Source: the human T2T-CHM13v2.0 reference genome, Homo sapiens
Direction: 5' to 3' (one strand)
Assembly: GCF_009914755.1 (NCBI RefSeq)
Contig: NC_060925.1
Length of the DNA: 64,000 nt
Below are positions 56,143-64,000 of the stretch, piece by piece. Each line of letters opens with the position of its first letter. Positions within the stretch are counted from its first letter, which is position 1. The translations under genes and the position numbers were made by a program. The notes under the pieces are model-generated. The model was given only the letters and a program-made list of their open reading frames with translations. It searched no databases and was not told where the DNA came from.

Positions 56143-56250
56143 CACAAAATAGCTTGCTTGGAATTTAAATGATATTGCCTCAGGTCTATACATCAATTTA
56201 GGGAAGACTGATGTCTTAACAATATTTAGTTTTCCAATCCATGTGTTCGT
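54750..56250 (-). mobile_element. Old L1M fragment (antisense) containing an Alu
   Basis: gaaattgctgggtcatgg, cctttgcattttcatataaag. Confidence 0.75.
55828..56146 (+). mobile_element. AluSx-like element with a (CA)n tail (56099-56146)
   Basis: Full-length Alu whose A-tail is replaced by CA repeats. Confidence 0.93.
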
Positions 56251-58144
56251 AGACACAAAAATTCTTAGCAAATAGAATCTAGCAATATACAAAAATAAAT
56301 CTATTTCTTCTTTTAGTTCTGCCAATATTTGTTTAATGTGTTTTGAAACAGTATTATTAGGAGCATACATATTTAGTGTCATTAAACCTTCTTGATGAAT
56401 TGATCCTTTTATCGTTATGAAATAATTTTATCTCTGATGATATTCTTTGTCTTGAAGATTCATTTCTTTGATACTAATAGCAAACTGGTGTCACCATATC
56501 AGTCAGTGTCTTTCTTGCATATTTTTTCATCCTTTACTTTCAACCTGCCTGTGTCTTCATATTTCAAGTGCATCCCTTTTAATCTGTGTATAGTTATACC
56601 TTGCTTTTTTGTTGTTTAATTCAGTCTGCAATATTTGCCTTTTAACTATAGTTCATTTGCATTGGTTTAATTATTGATATGATGGGGTTCTAAACTATCA
56701 TCTTGCTTTTGTTTTCTACTTGCTTCGTTTTGTGGATATCTTTTTCTTCTTTCTTCTCTGCCTTGAGTATTTTTTAGAATTTCCTTGTTTCCTCTATTTG
56801 TTTTTTGAACTACCTCATTGTATTATTACATTTTGTGGTTTCTCTAGAGATTACGTATAATATGCATTCTTAGTTTGTCACAGTCTAGAATTAATATTAC
56901 ATTATTTTATATATAACAACCTTAGAGCAGTAAGGTATGTAATTTTCACTTATATCCCTTCCTGTCATTTGTGCTACTCTTGTCATACATTTTACTTCGA
57001 CATTTATTTTGAACCCCAAATACATTTTTTACTATTTTTGCTTTAGTCAATTAACTTTTAAAGAAATTAAGAAAGAAAACCAAATGTTTATATTTACCCA
57101 CATATTTATAATTTCTTCTCCCTTTCAATTCAGAATTCCATTTTTTATCATTTCCCTTCAGCCTATAAAACTTTCTTTGGCAGTTTTTGTAGTGCAGAGA
57201 TACTGGCAACATATTCACTTTGTTTTTATCTAAAAATGTCTTTTGTTTGCTTTCACTTTTTTACACTTCTCTTTGAAACGTTTTATTGTGATAACATGTC
57301 ATAAAATTTGGCATTTTAACCATTTTTAAGTGTACATTCAGTGGTATTAGCCACACTCATAATGTTGTACAACCACCGGCATTATCTATTTCTAAGAGTT
57401 TTTTATCAACCCCCACCAAAAACTCTACAACCAACCATTAAGCCATAAGTTCCCATTCCCTTCTTCCCTTAGCCCCTGGTGATGCCTAATCTGCTTCTGT
57501 CTCTATTCTAAAAATTTTCTATAAGTGAAACAATGTAATGTTTGCCCTTTTTGTATGGCTTATTTTGCTTAACTTAATGTTTTCATGGTTCATCCATTTT
57601 GTAACATGTTTTAGAATTTTATTCCTTTTGATGGCTAAATAATATTTTTTGTATGTATATATATGCCACATTTTGCTCATCCACTTATCTGTTGATAAAC
57701 ACTTGGGTTGTTTCTACATTTTGGTTATTATGAATAATGCTAAAATTAATATTGGTCTACAAATATCTATTTGAGTCCCCATTTTTAGTTTTGGGGAGTA
57801 TATACCTAAGAATAGAATTGTTAGATCATATGATAATTCTATGTTTAGCTCTTCAAGGAAAGGCCAAGCTGTTTTCCACAGCAGCTGCACCATTTTACAT
57901 TCCCACCAGCAATGTAGAAGGGTTGCAGTTTCTCCACAACCTTGCCAACACTTGCTATTTTCCTTTGTTTTGATTTTTAATTTTTTTAAATTCTAGCAAT
58001 CCTAAATAGATGTGAAGTGCTATCCCATTGTGGTTTTGATTGTATTTCCCTAATGACTAATAATGTTGCACAACTTTTCATGTGCTTACTGGCCATTTGT
58101 AATTATTTGGGAAAACGTCTTTTCAAGTTCTTTGCCCATTTTCT

Positions 58145-58445
58145 TTTTTCTTTTTTTTTTTTTGAGATGGAGTCTCGCTCTGTTGCCCAGCCTGGATTGC
58201 AGTGGCATGATCTCTGCTCACTGCAACATCTATCCAATCGGTTCAAGCAATTCTCCTGCCTTAGCCTCCTGAGGAGCTGGGATTACAGGCATGCACCACC
58301 ACACCTGGCTAATTTTTTTATTTTTGGTAGAGACAGCGTTTCACCGTGTTGGCCAGGCTGGTCTCAAACTCCTGACCTCAAGTGATCTGCCTGCCTTGGC
58401 CTTCCAAAGTGCTGGGATTACAGGAGTGAGCTTCTGCGCCCGGCC
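58145..58445 (-). mobile_element. AluS element
   Basis: Full-length antisense Alu; TSD tctttgccc. Confidence 0.93.
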
Positions 58446-58928
58446 TCTTTGCCCTTTTTAAAGTTGGGTTGTTTGTCTTCTTGTTGTTGCAATGTAGGAA
58501 TTTTTTAAAAATTCCAGATGGTAAACCCTATCAGATATTTGATTCGAAAACATTTACTCCAATTCTATAGGTTGTCTTTTTACTTTCTTGATAATGTTCT
58601 TTAATGCACAAAAGTTTTCAATTTTGGTGAAGTGAAATTTATTTATTTTTTATTTTGTTGCTTTTGTCTTTTGGTGTCATAGCTAAGAACCCATTGCCAA
58701 ATCCAGTTTATGAAGATTTACTTCTATGTTTTCTTTTAAGAGTTTCATAGTTTTAGCTCTTACGTTTGGGTTACTGATCCATTTTCAGTTAATTTTTAGA
58801 TGTGGTGTGAGACAGGGGTCCAGCTTCATTATTTTGCAAGTCCCATTTTCCCAGCACCATTTATGGAAAATGTTACTGTTTCTCTATCGAACAAAGTTGC
58901 TAGCCTTGTCAAAAATAAATTGTGCATA

Positions 58929-60360
58929 CCAACAAGTGTACAGAAAATGCTCAATATCAATTGTCATCAGGAAAATGCAAACCAAAACCACAATGAGATA
59001 TCATCTCACCTCAGAAAGACTATGATCAAGAAGACAAAATAAATGCTGGCAAGGATGCAGAGAAAAGGGGACTTATACATACACTGTTTGTGGGACTGTA
59101 AATTACTTGTAGCCATTATGGAAAACAGTATAGAGACTTCTCAAAATATTAAAAATAGAACTACCTTATGATCCAGCAATTCCACTACTGCTTATATGTA
59201 TCCAAATGGGAAGCGGTGTGTCAAACAGATATCTGTACTCCCATGTTTATTGCATCATTAGTCACAATAGCCAAGATATGAAATCGACCTGTGTCCACCA
59301 ATGGATAAATGGATAAAGAAAATATGGTATATATATATACAAGGAGATACTATTTAGCCATAAAAAAGAATGAAATCCTGTCATTTGTGACAACATGGAT
59401 CAGTCTAGAGGACATTATGTTAAGTGAAATAAGCCAGCACAAGAAAATAAATAACCATATGTTCTCAATCCTATGTGGAAGCTAAATAAGTTGACATTGT
59501 AGAAGTAGAGAGAATGGTGGTAACTAGAGCCTGAGAAGGGTAGAGGGGGGAGAATTGGAAGAGCCTGGCTAGAAGATACAAAATTGCAGTTAGATAGTGT
59601 TCTATAGCACCACATGGTGACTATAGTTAATAATAATTTATTGTATACTTTAAAATAGTTTGAAGAGATAATTTTGAATGCTCCCAACACAAAGAAATAA
59701 TAAATGTTAGTGGCAATGGATACACATAATAAAATATCACATATCACACTGCACTGCCTAAATATTGTGATGGTTAATATTAGGTGTCGACTTGATTGGA
59801 TTGAAGGATGCCTAGATAGCTGATAAAGTATTGGCTCTGGGTGTGTATGTGAGGGTGTTGCCAGAGGAGTTAACATTTGAGTCAGTGGACTGGGAGAGGA
59901 AGACCCACCTTCAATGTGGGTGGGCACCATCCAATCGGCTGCCAGGGTGGCTAGAAAAAGAAGGCGGCAAAAGGTGGGATAAACTGGCTTGCTGAGTCTT
60001 CTGGTTCTCATCTTACTCCTGTGCTGGATGCTTCTGTCTGTTCCTCCTCCCCTCAAACATCAGACTCCAGGTCCTTTGACCTTTGGACTCACCAGTGGTT
60101 TGCCAGGGCCTTTGGCCACAGACTGAAGGCTGCACTCTAGGCTTTCCTACTTTTGAGGCTTTTGGACTTGGACTGAGCCACTACTGGCTTCTTTTTTCCT
60201 GAGCTTGCCGACAGCCTACTGTGGGACTTCACCTTGTGATCATGCGAGCCAATTCTCCTTAATAAACTCCCTTTCATGTATACATATATCCTATTAGTTC
60301 TGTCGGTCTGGAAAACCCTAATACAAATATACGCAATTATTATGTGTCAATTAAATTTAA
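58929..60360 (+). mobile_element. L1MA 3' fragment (sense), split by MLT2
   Basis: Flanked by the degenerate TSD aaaaataaattgtgcata / aaaaatcaattggccata. Confidence 0.85.
59766..60325 (+). mobile_element. MLT2A (HERV-L) solo LTR
   Basis: tgtgatggttaatatt...cttgattggattgaaggatgc...ctattagttctgtc...ctaataca; perfect TSD AATAT. Confidence 0.92.
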
Positions 60361-62584
60361 AAAAATCAATTGGCCATAGATATATTTGTGTATTTCTGGA
60401 CTCTCAGTAATATTCCATTCACCTAAATCTACCTTTATGCCAGTACCACTCTGTGTTTGATTGCTGTAAATTTGTACTAAGTTTTAAAATTAAAAAGTGA
60501 GTCATATGACTTTGTACTTAGTTTTCAAGATTGTTTTACCTATTCAAAAACCCTTGAAATTCCATAGGAATTTGAAAATGAGCTCTTTCATTTCTGAAAT
60601 AAAAAAAAACTGTTGGAATTTTAATAGGGATTGTGTTGAATCTGTTGTTTGTTTCATTTTCAATATTCAAGATAATTTCCTGAATACAGAAATCTAAGTT
60701 GACAGTTTTTTCCTTTAGTATTTCAAAAATATAATTCCATTGTCTTGTAGCCTCCAATGTCTCAAACAATTTTCTTATTGTTGATCTTTTTCATTAAATG
60801 TACATTTTGTTCTATTCACTACTTTTAAGCTTGTTTTTGTTTTTTAATCGCTAGTTTTCAGCAGTTTGACTATGACACATTTAGGTGAGGTTTTCTTTGT
60901 TTTTATCTGCTTGCAGTTTGCAGAGATTCTTGGATATGTGGGTTCCTCTGTTTGAGCAAATCTGGAAAATTCTTAGCTAATATTCTTTTTGTGTTTTGCT
61001 GGCAGTATACCTTCTCTTCAGTCCTCTGGGTCTCCCATTACACATAGTATTTCACTGCTTATTACTTCCAAAAATTGTTTTGTATTTGTTACTTTTTATT
61101 TTAATATTTTTCTCCTCTGTGTACTTCCGCTTATATAATTTATTTTATCCTGTCTTCAAATTCATTGATTCTTTCTTCTGTTGTATCCAATATGTTGTTA
61201 ATACCATCCACAGTTTATTATTTTAAATGTTGTATTTTTTATTCTTAGGATTTCTATTGTGCTCTTTTTGCAGAGTCTAAATCTCTTCTAAAATTCTCCA
61301 TTCCTTCATCCACTATATCCACCTTTTCTAATAGAGTAATAGATTTATTTTAGTTATTTTAAACAACTTTTCTACTAATCCAACATCTGGTCATTTCTAT
61401 TGATTGATATTTCTTTTTTTCTGATGTTTTTTGTATCCCTATTTATTTTGATCATTTATTGGACATTGTGAATAATACAATGTAAAGAGCCAAAATTCTT
61501 TTATGTTCCTCTGAAGGGTGCTTGGTTTTGTTCTGGTGGATAGTTAATTACCTTAACTCATGGAAGATTGATTTTGGGGGGCAAATTTATTTTGGTTTTG
61601 CCTTTGATCTTAGAGTGAGTTCCTTTATCCCAGCATGTAGTCTTATTCCTAAGGCATGGTTTTTCTGGAGTTTCAGTTGAGAGCTCAAAATTATTACCAA
61701 GGTCTTCTAATTTGTGGGACTTAAACTTCAAATGCTGTTTGGAGGACAACAATTAAAACCTTTTGTTCAGCTGTTTCAGCCTTCAAGCTATTATCGGAGT
61801 ATTGCCCATGCATGTGCAGTCAGAATTTAACCAATTGCTTGAGTTGATTTTATAAGCAAATTTTGAGGCTGCCCCCTCTATGAGTCCCCTTCTTTGGAGC
61901 TTCTCCCCTCAAATCTATTTTTTCTGGCAGTCTCAAACTCCTGCTGTGACTCCTCAGCCTAATAAGACTACAGCTCTCTGCTTGCATTCTGGCTACTCCA
62001 CATTTTAAGGCCTAGGGGATGACCCAAAGAAGAAAGCTATAGAAATGTGCGTATCACCCAGCATGGTTGCCTTCTTTTAAGGGTCAAATCAACTTTTGCC
62101 TGCTTTTGCTTGCTCTGCAATATCTTCATTCAGTTTTGTTTTTCTTCAAATTTTGTCCAGAGTGTAGAAGTGTTGTCTGCACAAGGGTTGATCTTACACA
62201 GGCTACTCCAACATTACTGTAACCAGAACTCCATCAGAAGAGTTTGTGCTTTTATTACTGTTTTTGATATTAATGAAGAGCCTTCTTCTCAAAGAGGTGG
62301 AGGTCACTGATGAATATATTAAACCAAGATGTTTGTTTTTAAAGCACCTACCTCCTTTGTTAGTTAAAAATTGAGATTTTAGAATAAAACAAGCCTAGAT
62401 TGAAATCTTTGATTTTTTTTTTCCCTCTTACTAACTTAGGACAAATTTCTTAACATGTTCCAGCTTAGTTGTCTTATTATAATGAAAATGATAACATTAC
62501 TTCTTCAAGAAGTAGTTGAGGCCGTTTTTGTAAATCATTTAACCAATGTATCATCAATCCTTTTCATCAAGAATTCAAGTGCTC

Positions 62585-63051
62585 CACGTATATTTATTGC
62601 GGCACTATTCACAATAGCAAAGACTTGGAACCAACCCAAATGTCCATCAATGATAGACTGGATTAAGAAAATGTGGCACATATACACCATGGAATACTAT
62701 GCAGCCACAAAAAATGATGAGTTCATGTCCATTGTAGAGACATGGATGAAGCTGGAAACTATCATTCTCAGCAACTATCGCAAGGACAAAAAACCAAACA
62801 CCACGTGTTCTCACTCATAGGTGGGAATTGAACAATGAAAACACATGGACACAGGAAGGTGAACGTGACACACTGGGGCCTGTCATGGGGTGGGGGGAGG
62901 GGGGACAGATAGCATTAGGAGATATACCTAATGTAAATGATGAGTTAGTGGGTGCAGCACACCAACATGGCACATGTATACATATGTAACAAACCTGCAC
63001 GTTGTGCACATGTACCCTAGAACTTAAAGTATAATAATAATAAAATAAAAA
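62585..63051 (+). mobile_element. 5'-truncated L1PA
   Basis: Well-preserved ORF2 C-terminus/3'UTR; 16-bp TSD aagaattcaagtgctc / aagaattcaagttctc. Confidence 0.93.
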
Positions 63052-63259
63052 AAGAATTCAAGTTCTCAAATTTCCATATTTCTGCCCCATAAAATATGGA
63101 ACAAATAACTTTTCTCTGAATAAATATTAATATATTTACAGATTTTTAATTTTTAAAAACTTTAACTTTAGTATTGCTTGTTTTTACATATGGAGAATCT
63201 TTACTGTCTATTGTTATCATCCCTACCACCAGCATGCACACATGCTCTAATATCTTTCA

Positions 63260-64000
63260 ATATTAAAGTATATATGTATAAAATCACCCTAGTGGCACTT
63301 CCCCAAACAGTTACAACTCCATTTCTCTACTTTCCTTCACAGTGAGCTGCCACAGAAAGAATTGTCTATTTTGTCTACTTTTGCTATCTTCACTTCCTCA
63401 ATTCCCATCATCTTTTAACCTACTCTAGTCATGCTTTTTCCCTCACCTTCTGCTTACTGCTGTCCTTGGGGACAACAGTGACCTGAAGGTTGCCAAAAAC
63501 AATGGTCAATTCTCCTTTTACTGACCATTCACCACCCCTTTCTCCTGGAAATACTCTCTTCACTTAGATTTCCAAATACTACTATCTACCTGCTTTCCTC
63601 TTGCTTCACTGGAGACCCACTCCTGATGGCTCTGTATCACCTATCTAACTTCTAATTACTGAAGTGGTCCAGCACTCAGTCCTCAGCCAGCTTCTCTAGA
63701 TACACTTACGTCCTAAGCAATCTCAATTAGATCCACGGATTTATATCCCATATATACTCTAATGACCCCCAACTTTTCTGACCACCTCTTTTCCTTTGCC
63801 CTCAAGCCTCACCTCTCTTAGTAATCCACATCTAGGTAAATAGCACTATGAATGCTGGAAATCATTATTGACTTTTCTTCATATCTCATATGATAAATTC
63901 ATTTCATTAGCACATCCTGTTGGCTCTATTCTCAATTTATATCCCAAGTCTTCATCACCACCTCCATCTCTATCACTCTTTTTCAAGCCACCATTATTTC
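63260..64000 (-). mobile_element. L2 LINE fragment
   Basis: ttgccaaaaacaatggtcaattctc, cactcagtcctcagcc...ttctct. Confidence 0.65.

Larger units (their letters stand above)
57270..60640 (-). mobile_element. L1MB-like element (antisense) hosting nested Alu, L1MA and MLT2
   Basis: L1 3' end at 57270; the antisense text resumes at 60361 after the sense insertion. Confidence 0.8.

Noticed and set aside
59415-60056. Longest ORF in the window (213 aa, minus strand)
   Set aside because: Antisense read-through of the MLT2A LTR and L1MA 3'UTR; no protein-like features.
62455-62820. ORF with L1 ORF2 C-terminal peptide (IAALFTIAKTWNQPKCPSM...)
   Set aside because: Remnant of a 467-bp 5'-truncated L1PA, not a functional gene.

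Overview
Human genomic DNA containing the complete VCAM1 gene (vascular cell adhesion molecule 1) on the + strand. It includes the promoter (octamer, AP-1, paired GATA, tandem NF-kB, TATA and IRF sites) and nine coding exons from 4258 to 22676, which splice through GT-AG junctions to 2220 nt = 739 aa (signal peptide, seven Ig domains, TM and tail). The 3'UTR ends at about 23437. The remaining ~40 kb is intergenic and dominated by Alu, L1, L2, L3/CR1, MIR, MaLR/ERVL LTRs and DNA-transposon fossils. Two dead exons are hidden in the introns. (1) Intron 8 holds a complete eighth Ig-domain pseudo-exon (20103-20377) with intact AG/GT, inactivated by an 8-bp tandem duplication; removing the duplication gives 267 nt, the same length as exons 4, 7 and 8. 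(2) Intron 4 holds a MIR-derived acceptor plus hydrophobic reading frame (from 9897) that resembles the rodent GPI-anchor alternative terminal exon but is interrupted by three stop codons. Repeat subfamily names were assigned by eye and their boundaries are approximate.
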